A DNA stretch of 64,000 nt from an uncultured Nitrospinota bacterium (GCA_963707985.1 CAVPRW010000005.1:96001-160000), one strand, 5' to 3'. Shown: positions 1 to 10,768, counted from the stretch's first letter. Notes: generated from the letters alone by a model not told the origin. Translations and numbers: made by a program.

Positions 1-2604
1 ACGGTTCGAATGACCTTTTTGGCTAGAATCTTCAGCCTCATGGTCAGTATGGTCAGGTTGGGAAGATATAAAGGCCCAGAAGCTTTTCGCATGCAGATGT
101 AAGATAGGACGTCTGACCCCTTCGATGGTGTGTCGGGTCGTATAGGTCTGGCGCACTTGGTCGGTAGTGACTAACAGGCGCCTCTCGTGGAGGCGTTTAT
201 GAAGGGTGCGCACACTGACCGCCAGTGTATCGCCTTGCTCCCGTGCCAGTGCCTGGGCCTCGGCATATGCGCCTTCAGGTTCCAAGTAGAGGTTGCCCTT
301 ATCAATCCATCCGATGCGTTTGCCTTGAGCCTGCCACTCGCCGCGCTGGTATTGACCACTACCAATAGTCACCTGACGCCAGCCCCAGGCTTCGGGCATC
401 TCGGGTTCGTTGCCGTTTGGGCTGGCAACGTGCGCCCGACCAGAGGCCAGCGCCGCGGCGAGTAAATCGAGGAAGCGACGGGTGGGTTCGCTGGCGGCTT
501 GGTGCTGCGCCTGTGTGGCAGTGGCAACTCCTAGCGCCGTCCAACAGCGATTCCATAAAGCCTCCCGCGCTTCCGTGGTGAGTGCCGCAACCTCCTGAGC
601 GAATTGGAGGAAAAACTTCACTCCTACAGCCAAGTTCGCAACGATCTCAGGGGTTCGCCGATGCTGGCCACTTTGGTAGGTTTCCCCACGCCGACTGGCG
701 ATCTCGCCGCGTAACCCTTGACGTACCTGCTCATCGCGTGGGGCGAGCCAGTGAATAAACGCGACCGTTGCTTGGGCGTATAAGCCAGCTGCCGCATCGC
801 GTTGACATTGGCTAAGGCGCTCCCAATCGAGATCACCAGGGGCAACCTCTATGACCAAAATTCGTGCGCGCAGACTTTGGCCACGTGGCACGTCCTCGCC
901 CGTGGAGACGATCAGACAGCGCGGCGGTTTGGCTGGCTTCAGACTAGCGTCAGGATTCATCCGCTGACGGCCACTGCGATTCCCTTGTGCTCTCAGCACA
1001 CGGTCCGCGTCGCGGTGCATCCGAGCGACGTCGTGGCTGGTCCCTCCTGGCGCGAAATCGTCAATCACGAGGATCGCATCCTTAGCTGCGAAAGCCAAGG
1101 CCTCCAGGGCATTGCTGGTGCTTGCCCAACTTCCTGGCAAATGTCGGGCATCGAAGCTCGGACCAAAATGCCGCTGGAGTAGTGCCGCTAGCTCAGTTTT
1201 CCCCGCACCAGTAGGGCCGGACACATGCTCGCTGAAATCGACATCGCCCACGACAGCACGCCAAATGGCCCCCCATAGGGGGATTGTGATCCGATCTGGA
1301 GCGAGATCCAGCATCGCAATGCTGGCACGGACGGCCTCGACTCGCGCAGTGCCCGTCGGAGGGTCTGGCAACATGAAAGGCTTCAGCCCATCCGGGAGAA
1401 TCACCTCCATATTGGGCACATGCCCTTCTCCCCCGAGGACACCGCCACCATGAAAATAAAACCACAGATCCTGACGATTCCGCCGCCAGCCGACGTGTGT
1501 GAACACCGTCCGTTCGGTAATGCCCTCGGACAGCAGCTGGATGGCCGCACGTGCATGATCCTTTGCGGCGATTCCTGGATATACAAGGGCCAAAGCGCCA
1601 AGGTGTTCGGTGACCCAACTCATAGTGCTGAGGCGATCGGCTGCAATGGCAAAGCGACGTGTGCGGCCGTTAAATGCGGTTTCGATTTCAAACCGGCGCC
1701 GCACCTCAACGCCGTCATCCTCCAGGATATCGGTTACGATTGTGGCGATGAAATTCGTCAGAGGAACCGCTACCACTCCGTCATGAACGCCCTTGAGCCA
1801 CACCAACCCCTGTGGCGTTGCACGGTAAGGGATGCTATGCGTCGGCGGATCGTCCGAGGATGGCTCGCGGAGCTCTGCAGTGGCGAGGGCCAGGAGGTCT
1901 TGAACGCTGCGTCCGGCGGCGAAGTAATCGTCAAGCCCCACCTTGGCACCACCATCGCCCGATGGGAGATAGATCAACCAGACGTGAGCGCCTTTACACT
2001 CAAGAAACCCCTTTAAGCGGGCAAGGGCTTGATGTACAGGCCGTTTCACCATTACATCGCTATCAAACACGGCATAGACGTCACGGCCATTCAGCGCGAT
2101 GGACTCCCAGTCGGGCAGCGCTATCTTGCCGCCGTGCTCATTGGTGCCGCGCCAGTTCCAGACGCCCAAGAGCGCAATGCAGCACAGGTCCTTGGATACA
2201 GCGGCATCCGCCTTACGAACCCCCGCAGTGATAAACAGTGGCCAAGCAGGATCTGCCAGCCATGATCTTGCAAGTTTCGGTACATCCAACGCCATACGAG
2301 AACCGGCCACTGTTTCGTATTTGATCGATTTGCCGTCGCTGTTTAGGCGCGGCTCGTCAGGGCGGATTTGATAGGTGACCAACTCGCCATCGACCCCCTA
2401 GGACGGGATAAGAAGGGCAGGCACGCGGCATTGCGCTGGGGTGAAGCCAAGCGCCTTGAGGCGTGCTTTGACGTCAATGGAGCGATAGCCCCGCGCCTCG
2501 ATCACTGCGGGTGCAATGGTGCTAGCCCGGAGCAAATCCGCGTGATGGGGCAGCAGCAGTTGCCAGCACGGATGCCCGGAGTCCTCGCGGATCTGCTGCT
2601 GCAT
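1..2604 (-). pseudogene. TOPRIM (DUF3854-like) primase fused to P-loop helicase (DUF927/SF3-like), interrupted by in-frame TAG; runs off window edge
   Basis: Manual translation: the frame of ORF 2398-2604 stays open past the TAG at 2398-2400 down to base 1. Motifs: YQIRPDEPR, ITAGVRKAD, LGVWNWRG, VFDSD, KVGLDDY, Walker A GPTGAGKT, Walker B ILVIDDF. Confidence 0.85.
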
Positions 2605-2810
2605 CAGATACCCTCCTTGCTTAGATAGCTTGCCAGCGCGGCCTTGGGCACGCGAATGGCGCGACCGAACCGCACATGAGGCAGCTCGCCCCGCCGCAAG
2701 AGCTCGTAGATCGTACTACGTCCGAGCCGCAGATAGGTGCGGATCTCCTCAGCCGTCAGGAATTCCGGAAGGTCATCGAAGCTTGTTTGGGACGTGATCA
2801 ACTCCGACAC
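2604..2810 (-). CDS. Excisionase-like helix-turn-helix protein (HTH_17)
   Basis: 68 aa, LTAEEIRTYLRLGRSTIYELLRRGELPHVRFGRAIRVP; stop overlaps primase start. Confidence 0.85.
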   Translation of the reverse strand: MSELITSQTSFDDLPEFLTAEEIRTYLRLGRSTIYELLRRGELPHVRFGRAIRVPKAALASYLSKEGI

Positions 2811-2997
2811 CTCGGCACACCTCCTTTAGGCCCAATTTTTCACGCAACACTTCAATGGCGTCCGGTTTGAAACGACGCCGGCCCTTGACGTCTCGAATGA
2901 CGTCCACCGCACCAGCATCCGCCAACCGACGGACGGTTGTGGCGCTGACGCCCAACTCCCGCCCGATCTCGTGAGGCCATAGCAACTTTTTGGTCAT
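2773..2997 (-). CDS. MerR-like/excisionase-like HTH protein
   Basis: EIGRELGVSATTVRRLADAG...GRRRF; ATG at 2997 with upstream GAGG. Confidence 0.7.
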   Translation of the reverse strand: MTKKLLWPHEIGRELGVSATTVRRLADAGAVDVIRDVKGRRRFKPDAIEVLREKLGLKEVCRGVGVDHVPNKLR

Positions 2998-3108
2998 GGG
3001 ATAGACCCTCTTTGAGCATTCGTACGTGCATTGACAGAGAAGACTGTAAAGACTATCCTGCACTTGTGCACGACGGGTGGGTCTGCATTTCTGTCTGCAG
3101 AGGGGACC

Positions 3109-4050
3109 ATGATGCACGTCTATACCGTACCCATCCCCAGCAACCTCTTTCAGCCGCTAGCCAACCACTGGTTACCGGCATATGAGGGGCAGGTGATTAT
3201 TTCTGAGTGCGAGGGGGTGCACTACCTCTGTTTATCCGGAGCATGTCGATTGGCCCACCAGCTGCCAAAAGAGAAGAAGGCCGAGCAGTATGACCTTCTC
3301 TTTGACCTGCTCAATCTGGTACGGGAACCCGTCCAGTGGAACGACCTGACCGCCTCGGTGTCCCCAGAAACTCTGATTTCGTGGTGTGAGAAGTACGGCA
3401 TGCTACTGCAAATGGAGGTCATGCCCAATGGTGGGGAAGGGGTACGACTGAGGACGGCCCAGATAGAAGTCATCACCCTCTATTTAGTCCATCGCTTATG
3501 GCAAAGCGTGCTGCTCCCCCCCGCCGCAATGCGAGATGTTTTAGAGCAAGAGCAGGAAGAACGCCTCCGTCTTATCCTTCTTTTGCTCAGACGCTATGCC
3601 AGCCGGAATATCGTTAGCCCGGACTGGACGCTACGAGTCGCTGCAAGGGAAGACAATCCGGAGCAGCAACGTCTACTCTTGAAAACCTTTCTTCAGGAGG
3701 TCGTAAGGCAACGCTGTAGTGACCTGCTGCCGTCGCCCGTGATACTGCACCAGCCCCCTCGATTGGTGATGGAGGCAGGATGCCCATTGACTGAAGCCTA
3801 TTGGCAACTGACCTGTCTGATGCTGACCCCTAGTGATAGCGCTCGCCGGTATCACCTCTGCCCGTGCGGTCGGCAGTTTTATGGCCATGCGAACCGGAAG
3901 TGGTGTGCTAGGTGTGATCGGCGGACCGAGTTCAGCCGCAAGCGCAGGGGTACCGCTTCAGTCAAAATCGCATCGATGAATGAGCGGACAAAGGGCCGTG
4001 GGGAACGGCGCGCAGATCAAGGTCAAGGTGCTCAATGGGATTGTGGTTAG
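3109..4050 (+). CDS. Hypothetical protein with C-terminal CxC-x12-CxxC zinc finger (CGNR-like)
   Basis: Long ORF; CPCGRQFYGHANRKWCARC followed by basic tail; AGGGG before ATG 3109. Confidence 0.65.
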   Translation: MMHVYTVPIPSNLFQPLANHWLPAYEGQVIISECEGVHYLCLSGACRLAHQLPKEKKAEQYDLLFDLLNLVREPVQWNDLTASVSPETLISWCEKYGMLLQMEVMPNGGEGVRLRTAQIEVITLYLVHRLWQSVLLPPAAMRDVLEQEQEERLRLILLLLRRYASRNIVSPDWTLRVAAREDNPEQQRLLLKTFLQEVVRQRCSDLLPSPVILHQPPRLVMEAGCPLTEAYWQLTCLMLTPSDSARRYHLCPCGRQFYGHANRKWCARCDRRTEFSRKRRGTASVKIASMNERTKGRGERRADQGQGAQWDCG

Positions 4051-4061
4051 AAGTACTCTCG

Positions 4062-4240
4062 ATGGCTGGTATCTACAAGCTCCCCTCGATGCTCACTGCG
4101 CAACCGGAAGGTGGCTATACCGTCACCAGCCCAGCGCTGACAGAGTTCGATCACCGAAGGGGATACCGTTGAAGAGGCACTCGCCCGTGTGCAGGATGCC
4201 CTGGATGAAGCTGTGTGAGGATTTCGGCAGGCCGTTCCCT
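4062..4240 (+). pseudogene. HicB-family antitoxin relic (frameshifted)
   Basis: Manual translation across frameshifts: YKLP..LTAQPEGGYTVTSPAL / ITEGDTVEEALARVQDAL / EDFGRPFP. Confidence 0.7.
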
Positions 4241-4276
4241 TTCGCCCCGTGGTCAAGGGTGGTAGGCAGAGGGGCG

Positions 4277-4681
4277 ATGGACACACAGCAACAACACACG
4301 CTGTGGGCGATTGCAATCGAACATGATGAGGTGGCTGGGCTGTGCGCCCAGCGAGGATGGCACAACGTGAGCATCGCGTGTAGTTATTATGCAGTCTATA
4401 CCGCTATGTGGGTAGCGCTAGACAACCCTCCTTATGGCCAGTGGTCGCATGCGGGGGTTCTCCAGCATTTCGCTCCGGGGCGATGGCGCCAGCCACCAAC
4501 AACACTGGATCGGACGCTGACGCGAGCGATCCGCCGGCTCTACAACGCCCGCCTGCATGCACAGTATATGGGTGAGCGCCTCACGAACCAGGATAGCGTC
4601 GAAGGGTTACGTACTGCTCGTCAGGTCATGCAGCTCGTGGCTGGGACCTTAGGACTCTCGTTTGGAAGGAGCACGCCATGA
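4277..4681 (+). CDS. HEPN-domain protein
   Basis: SYYAVYTAM, WSHAGV and LYNARLHAQY match the HEPN pattern; GAGGGG RBS before ATG 4277. Confidence 0.75.
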   Translation: MDTQQQHTLWAIAIEHDEVAGLCAQRGWHNVSIACSYYAVYTAMWVALDNPPYGQWSHAGVLQHFAPGRWRQPPTTLDRTLTRAIRRLYNARLHAQYMGERLTNQDSVEGLRTARQVMQLVAGTLGLSFGRSTP

Positions 4682-4932
4682 AACCTGTGCCGCACGTCTT
4701 ACTAGAACAGATTCAACAACTCGCGCCGCCAGATGCGGAGGTAGTGCCCCTGGAGTGGGCCTATGACGGCGAGGACTATAACCTCGCGGTGTTCGTCGAG
4801 GACGGGGAAGATCGCCGGGCACTCGAAGATCGCCTGCTGGATGCCGTCATGGACTACGATGAGGCACATGGCACCTTTACCATGTGCTTGGTTTGGCCGA
4901 AGCAGAAACGGAGGCTCGCTGGCGTGAGATGA
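4678..4932 (+). CDS. Small acidic protein, divergent minimal nucleotidyltransferase-like putative antitoxin
   Basis: ATGA overlap with HEPN gene; DGEDYNLAVFV resembles the SDxDLLV strand; GS motif absent. Confidence 0.5.
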   Translation: MKPVPHVLLEQIQQLAPPDAEVVPLEWAYDGEDYNLAVFVEDGEDRRALEDRLLDAVMDYDEAHGTFTMCLVWPKQKRRLAGVR

Positions 4933-4998
4933 TCGCGGTCGCACCGTCCGAACATCCCCGCTAACGCCGGTTTTCAGGGTTACCTCCAGCTCACCGAC

Positions 4999-5020
4999 AG
5001 CTAACGAATAGCTAACGAAC
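4999..5020 (+). repeat. Tandem 11-bp direct repeat AGCTAACGAA(T/C), putative integrase arm-type sites
   Basis: agctaacgaat agctaacgaac, about 115 bp inside the att-like core. Confidence 0.55.
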
Positions 5021-5132
5021 TGAGCAACACGAGGCATTTTTTCACGGACAGGATAACACGAAGGCACTTAAGAAAGTCAGACTCAACAAGACGTTATGGA
5101 AATGCCATTACCAGACATCACCAGTGCTGGTA

Positions 5133-5150
5133 GAGTCCCCCCTTCGGCAC
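5133..5150 (+). other. att core: duplicated 3' end of a tRNA-Leu
   Basis: GAGTCCCCCCTTCGGCAC closely resembles the leuX/P4 att core GAGTCCGGCCTTCGGCACCA; no 5' tRNA half upstream. Confidence 0.7.
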
Positions 5151-5241
5151 ATGACAATCGAGACCTCGAACAATTCGAGACCTTCGCAACACAGACCGGT
5201 GAAGCACTAACAGGTAGTACAACGACGCAAGTGGGGAATGT

Positions 5242-5271
5242 AGGGGCTGTCCCATGACAGCCCCTTTTTTT
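5242..5271 (+). terminator. Rho-independent terminator
   Basis: aggggctgtc-ccat-gacagcccct followed by T tract. Confidence 0.85.
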
Positions 5272-5571
5272 GTCCACAGCAGTTTCGTAGGTGCCTTCCT
5301 TCGCCGACGCATCCATACCATAGGGCTGCCGAGCCAAGATCTCCCGGACCCAAGCCCGCCCCGGGCATGCCAGGGAGGGAAGGGGCTGTAGCCTTGTCGA
5401 CGGGCTGATGGTGCGAAACTCGCGCAGTCGGCTATTCCACCATGTCATAGTATCAGATAAATTATCACAATTTTTTAAGTCATATATCAGAATAGAACTG
5501 AATAATCTATTTTTACTAATATTCAAATAAATTATACATCAATGTCACTTTATTATTCTCAATTATTGCCG

Positions 5572-5600
5572 TTGACGTCATCAATGATTCATTCTATACT
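5572..5600 (+). promoter_or_regulatory. Sigma70-type promoter for sensor kinase operon
   Basis: TTGACG-17 bp-TATACT in an AT-rich region. Confidence 0.7.
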
Positions 5601-5678
5601 CGTATTAATCAACCATAGATCTGGTTTGGGAGGATCACACTTTGCGCCGATCTAAAAGCCATAGGGAGCAGGTATCAA

Positions 5679-8600
5679 GTGGCTATGACCATGGCGAAAC
5701 GATGGACTAGAGCCCTCCACGGTGATCCCCCCCAGCTGGTCATCGATTTAGACCCCCATGAGATCGAGCGAAAGAAAGCACAACGGCTTTATCGTCTCAA
5801 TGTCGTTAAGATTCCCACTTTGCGTATACTTGGATTTTGCCTACTGACCTTTTGCATCTTCTTTCATAACTTATTCATCTTGAATTCTTCTTCACGGCCA
5901 CGAATTTTTGTCATAGCCTCAGTCGTGATAAGCTATTCGTTAATCTCCTGGTTAGTTCTCTATCTCTACTTTGAAAAAATCAATAAAATTGATATTGGCT
6001 TCACGTTTCTTGTGGTTGATGTCTTTATATGGACCTTTTTGATCTATTATTCTGGAGGAGAAAAGAGTTTATTCTTCTGGCTGATGGTGATGCGTGTAGC
6101 CGATCAATATAATACAAGTTTCAAAAGAGTTCTTTTTTTTGGACATCTTTCCTTATTCTGCTATCTCGGTATGCTGGTCTATCTCCTATATGTCGAGCAT
6201 CGTCCCCTTTCGATCCCCTATGAATTGCCCAAGATTCTCGCCATTTACGGATCAAATCTCTATATCGCGGTCACGGCGAGACCGTCGGAACAATACCGGT
6301 ACCATCGCGCGTCGGCCATCCGGGTGGCGAGAGATCTGATATTGCAGCTCAACGAAAAATCCCGACAACTCGCGGAGTCCAAAGCGACAGTCGAACAGCT
6401 CAGTCGCCAAAACGAATTGATTTTGCATTCGGCAGGTGAGGGGATTTACGGGCTGGACTTACAAGGACGTGCCACCTTTGTGAACCCGGCTGTCGCCCAG
6501 ATGACAGGATATACGATTAAGGAGCTGCTTGGCCAACCCATCCATGCCATGCTCTACCATTCCAACGCCGACAATACCCCGCATCCGTGGGAAGCGTGTC
6601 CAGTGTTTGATACGCTAACCACGGGAGCTATCCATCAGGACGGCGAAGGTCTGTTGTGGCGCAAGAATGGAACAAATTTCCTGGTGGAATATGTTAGTAC
6701 CCCCATCCACGAGGGGGAGACCATTGCCGGCGCAGTGGTAACCTTCAATGACATCACCGAGCGGAAGCGCGCGGAGCAGGCGTTACGCCTGAGTCGAGAA
6801 CGTTATACTCTGGCGGTCAACGCTGGGAAAGTGGGGGTCTGGGACTGGGATATCGAGTCCGGCCATATCTACCTCGATCCACTCTTGAAGGCATTGCTAG
6901 GTTTTGATGAGTCTGAAATCCCGAGCAAGATTGACGCATGGGCCAGCCATATACATCCTGATGATCTTGAACGGGTCATGCTGGGCGTACGGGAGCATCT
7001 TGAAGGCAAGACCCCGCATTATGAGATTGAGCATCGCATGGTACATAAGCAGGGCAGCATTCGCTGGTTTCTAGCCCGTGGGACGGTGCTCCGCGATTCC
7101 TCTGGCAAGCCGCATCGGCTGGTTGGCACGGACTCTGACATCACCGAGCGCAAGGAGGTGGAGGTCGCGTTGCAACGGGTGAAAGAAGAGCTCGAGCTCA
7201 AGGTCGAGGAGCGTACCATTGAGCTCAAACGCGCCAATGAGCAGCTTGTCGCTGACATCGTCATGCGTCGACGAGCTGAGGCGGCGCTCGCTGCGGAAGC
7301 GCGTTTTCTACGCGCACAGATCGAGGTGGCCAAGGTGGCCTTGTCAAGCTTGCGGCCAGAGGAACTCGCACAGCCGTTGATCGAGACTATCGGCCGGTCT
7401 CAGGGATACGCGTACGGCGCTTTATGGCGTGTCAGTGAGGAGGGCCAGACGGCGACGATTGGTGGCGGCCTTCGGTGAAGGGATCGCACCATTTGTCGGC
7501 ATGTCGTACGATTTAGCCGAACCGACTTCGTACACCGCATGGATCATTAACACCGGTCAGCCCGCCTACCGCAATAGGATCAGGGAAAGCCCCTATGGCT
7601 CCAGCGCCATTGCCCGAACCCTGAACACACAGGCGTTGCTCGGCCTCCCGCTCATTAACCGCACCGGACGGGTAGTTGGGGCCATGACCTTTGCCGACAT
7701 GGAAGACACTGATCGGTTCACTGCGCGCGATCTGACCCAGGGGACCGTGCTCGCCAATCAGGTCGCACAGGCGATGGAGAATAGTGAGCTGTTCAGCCAG
7801 GTGAATCGGCTGCAGGAGCAGTATCGGGTGGTGACAGAGGCGCTCAACGATGCGGTGTTCACCCTGGATGTCGAGGCTCGGTTCACATTCGGTAATGCTG
7901 CCGGGGAGCGGCTCACGGGTTATCGACTCGACGAGTTGCTCGGTCGGCCCTTTATGGATCTCGTCGCACCTGAGAACCTGCCGGAGCTCACCGATCGTTT
8001 CCGGCGGGCCATCGCCGGAGAGTCGATTTCTCCCCATGTGTGGGCCGAAATGATTCGCAAAGACGGCAGTCGCGTGCCCATCGAGCTGTCCATGGCGAAT
8101 CTCGTGCTGGATGGGCATATCATCGGGCGTCTCGGTGTGGCCCGTGACATCACCGACCGGCAACATGCAGAGGAACAGATCCGGGCCTCTCTGCAAGAAA
8201 AGGAAGTGCTGCTGAAAGAAATCCATCATCGGGTCAAAAATAATTTGCAAATAATTTCGAGTCTTCTCAATCTTCAATCGAAATATATTAATGATCCATC
8301 AGCACTGCAGATGTTTATTGATAGCCAGAACCGTGTCAAATCAATGGCTCTCATTCACGAAATCCTTTTTCGATCACGAGATATCACTAAGATTGATGTT
8401 GCTGAATATATCAAGACCATATCCGTTCAGATTTTTCGATCATATGGGGCATACTCAAAAAATATAAGTCTGAATGTTCAAGTTAAAGATATTATCCTTG
8501 ATGTCGATACAGCAATTCCATGTGGATTAATTGTGACAGAACTTATATCAAATTCGTTAAAGCATGCATTTAGAGAAGGGATGGAAGGATCAATAAATAT

Positions 8601-8853
8601 AAATCTATTTACAAATGATTCTGGTATATTAACTTTAATGGTAAAAGATAATGGAATTGGTTTACAAGACTATAGTGATTTACAAAATGTAGATTCTTTA
8701 GGTCTGAAACTAGTCTGGACATTGGTTAATCAATTATCTGGAAAAGTAGAGGTCGATTGCACGCTTGGAACAACATTCATGATCACGTTTGTCCACGACA
8801 AACATAAAGAGAGAAAGGATGAGTATGATTCGCCCTCAGATCATGGTTGTTGA
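5679..8853 (+). CDS. Membrane PAS-PAS-GAF-PAS sensor histidine kinase (HisKA_2 type); split by +1 frameshift near 7461
   Basis: ORFs 5679-7478 and 7429-8853 join in the GAF domain (TATI/VAAFGEG); LLKEIHHRVKNNLQ, ELISNSLKHAF, DNGIG. Confidence 0.85.
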
Positions 8854-10768
8854 AGATGAAAGCATCGTTGCTGAAGACATGAAGGCGATGTTAGAAGGAT
8901 TTGGCTATCACGTTCCAGCTGTAGCATTTTCTGGGGAAGAAGCGGTTCGGAAAGCGTTCGATACGCATCCTGACTTGGTCCTCATGGATATCGTCCTGAA
9001 AGGGCAGATGAGCGGTGTGGAGGCGGTAGAACGTATTCGGTCGCGCTGTAACATCCCGGTGGTATATGTCACGGCGTACGCCGACGAAAAGACCGTGCGG
9101 CGTGCCAAGGCCACGGAACCCTATGGCTATATCCTCAAACCCTTCGATGCGAGAGAGTTGCAGACGGCGATCGAGATCGCCCTGTATAAGCATCAGATGG
9201 AAAAAAAGCTGCACGAGAGCGAGCAGCGCTTGAGCATGACGCTGCGTAGCATTGATGAGGCGATCATTACCGTGGATGACCGGGGCCAGGTGACCTTCAT
9301 GAATCCCCGTGCGGAAGCCCTCACCGGTTGGAGCCAGGACGATGCCCTCGAACGCCACGTGGCGGAGGTGCTGCAGGTCCGACATGACATGGCAGAGGGT
9401 CTTGCCGAACACCCCGTTGTCAAGGTTTTGCGGGGAGAGGAGGCGATTAACTTTGCAGACCATCACCTACGTCTCGTGGACAAAGATGGGACAGAACGTC
9501 CGATCGCAGATAGTGCCGCGCCCCTTCGAGATGGCCACGGAAACATCATTGGTGCCGTCCTCGTGTTCCAGGACATCACCGAGCGCCGACAGTTGCAAGA
9601 ATATCGCTCGCAGGCCCGGAAAATGGATGCCCTTGGGCGGCTGGCGGGCGGGCTGGCGCATGACTTCAATAACCTGTTAACGGTGATCTCTGTGTACACC
9701 GACCTGCTGTTAAATCGCCGCAACCGCCACAATCAGCTCGAACGCTACGCCGGTGAGATCAAAAAGGCGGTGGACAATGCCACGACCCTGACCAGTCAAC
9801 TGCTGACACTCAGTCGCAAGCAGATGCTGCCCTCCCGGAAGATAGACCTCAATGCTGCGATTGCCAAGGTAGAGGCAACTATCCGGCAAATGGCGGGTCA
9901 AGCGATCCAGCTCGTGATCGCTCCTGATCCTCAGATCGGCTACGTGAATATTGACGCCTCCCAACTCGATCAGGTGATCATTCACCTGGTCATGAATGCC
10001 TGCGATGCCATGCCCCAAGGGGGCACACTCACCATTGAAACCGCCAACGTCGGCTGGGATGAGCCACAGTCCCGTATGCCCGTCAGTGCGCAAGCGGGGA
10101 GCTATGCATTGTTGGTGGTACGCGACACGGGGAGTGGGATGGATGCCACCACTCGTGACCGCCTCTTCGAGCCTTTCTTCAGCACCAAGTCACGCGGGCG
10201 AGGCAGAGGGTTGGGACTGTCGACAGTTTACGGCATCGTCAGTCAAAGTGGCGGTCGCATCGAGTTCGACAGTGCACCCGAACGAGGGACGGTGTTTAGA
10301 ATCTACCTCCCCCAGATCGAGCCCCCAGCCATCACCCAGAAGCCCAGCGCCCTCACTGCAACGCTGCAGCAGGGGTCAGAAACCGTGCTGATCGTTGAAG
10401 AAAAAGATGAAGTCCGAGCTGCAATCGGTGCGAGCCTCGAGATGCGCGGCTACTCGGTGTTGAAAGCGTCCCACGGCAAAGAGGCGGTCATGATCTGCCG
10501 ACGACACGAGGGACCGATTCATCTGTTGCTAACCGATGTTGTCCTGGCACAGATGACCGGGCAGGATCTGGCCCAAGGGGTCTCAATGGTACACCCAGAG
10601 ACGAAAGTCCTATACATCTCTGGGTACACCAACGAGGCGCTCAACCGGCGCAGCATGACGGAACCGAGCACCGCCTTTCTGCAGAAGCCTTTCACACCCG
10701 AGGCCCTGGCGCGTCGGGTGCGTGCTGTGCTGGACGCTCCGGCGTATCCGCGGCCCACGGCGCGCTAA
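8819..10768 (+). CDS. Hybrid REC-PAS-histidine kinase-REC protein
   Basis: VVEDE..LVLMDIVL; LAGGLAHDFNNLL; EPFFSTK..GLGLS; C-terminal receiver with FLQKPF. Confidence 0.92.
   Translation: MSMIRPQIMVVEDESIVAEDMKAMLEGFGYHVPAVAFSGEEAVRKAFDTHPDLVLMDIVLKGQMSGVEAVERIRSRCNIPVVYVTAYADEKTVRRAKATEPYGYILKPFDARELQTAIEIALYKHQMEKKLHESEQRLSMTLRSIDEAIITVDDRGQVTFMNPRAEALTGWSQDDALERHVAEVLQVRHDMAEGLAEHPVVKVLRGEEAINFADHHLRLVDKDGTERPIADSAAPLRDGHGNIIGAVLVFQDITERRQLQEYRSQARKMDALGRLAGGLAHDFNNLLTVISVYTDLLLNRRNRHNQLERYAGEIKKAVDNATTLTSQLLTLSRKQMLPSRKIDLNAAIAKVEATIRQMAGQAIQLVIAPDPQIGYVNIDASQLDQVIIHLVMNACDAMPQGGTLTIETANVGWDEPQSRMPVSAQAGSYALLVVRDTGSGMDATTRDRLFEPFFSTKSRGRGRGLGLSTVYGIVSQSGGRIEFDSAPERGTVFRIYLPQIEPPAITQKPSALTATLQQGSETVLIVEEKDEVRAAIGASLEMRGYSVLKASHGKEAVMICRRHEGPIHLLLTDVVLAQMTGQDLAQGVSMVHPETKVLYISGYTNEALNRRSMTEPSTAFLQKPFTPEALARRVRAVLDAPAYPRPTAR

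Larger units (their letters stand above)
1..5150. mobile_element. Right part of an integrated satellite/IME-like element (primase-helicase, HTH/excisionase genes, TA cargo, att site); left end outside window
   Basis: Gene content, a tRNA 3'-end duplicate at 5133-5150 and tandem arm-type repeats at 4999-5020; no integrase for it inside the window. Confidence 0.75.

Noticed and set aside
2398..2400. In-frame TAG as stop-codon recoding (pyrrolysine or alternative code)
   Set aside because: TAG terminates many normal genes in this window, and the site fits a TGG>TAG nonsense change in a decaying element.
5100..5151. Intact tRNA gene
   Set aside because: Only the 3' 18 nt are present; no D-arm, anticodon arm or GTTC upstream.
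5155..5200. CRISPR-like repeats (caatcgagacctcg / caattcgagaccttcg)
   Set aside because: Two short imperfect copies, no spacers, no cas genes.
5572..5584. FNR box (TTGAC-GTC-ATCAA)
   Set aside because: Spacing is one base short of TTGAT-N4-ATCAA; better explained as a -35 element.
7429..7478. Programmed frameshift in the sensor kinase
   Set aside because: No slippery run; resembles the other single-base insertions.
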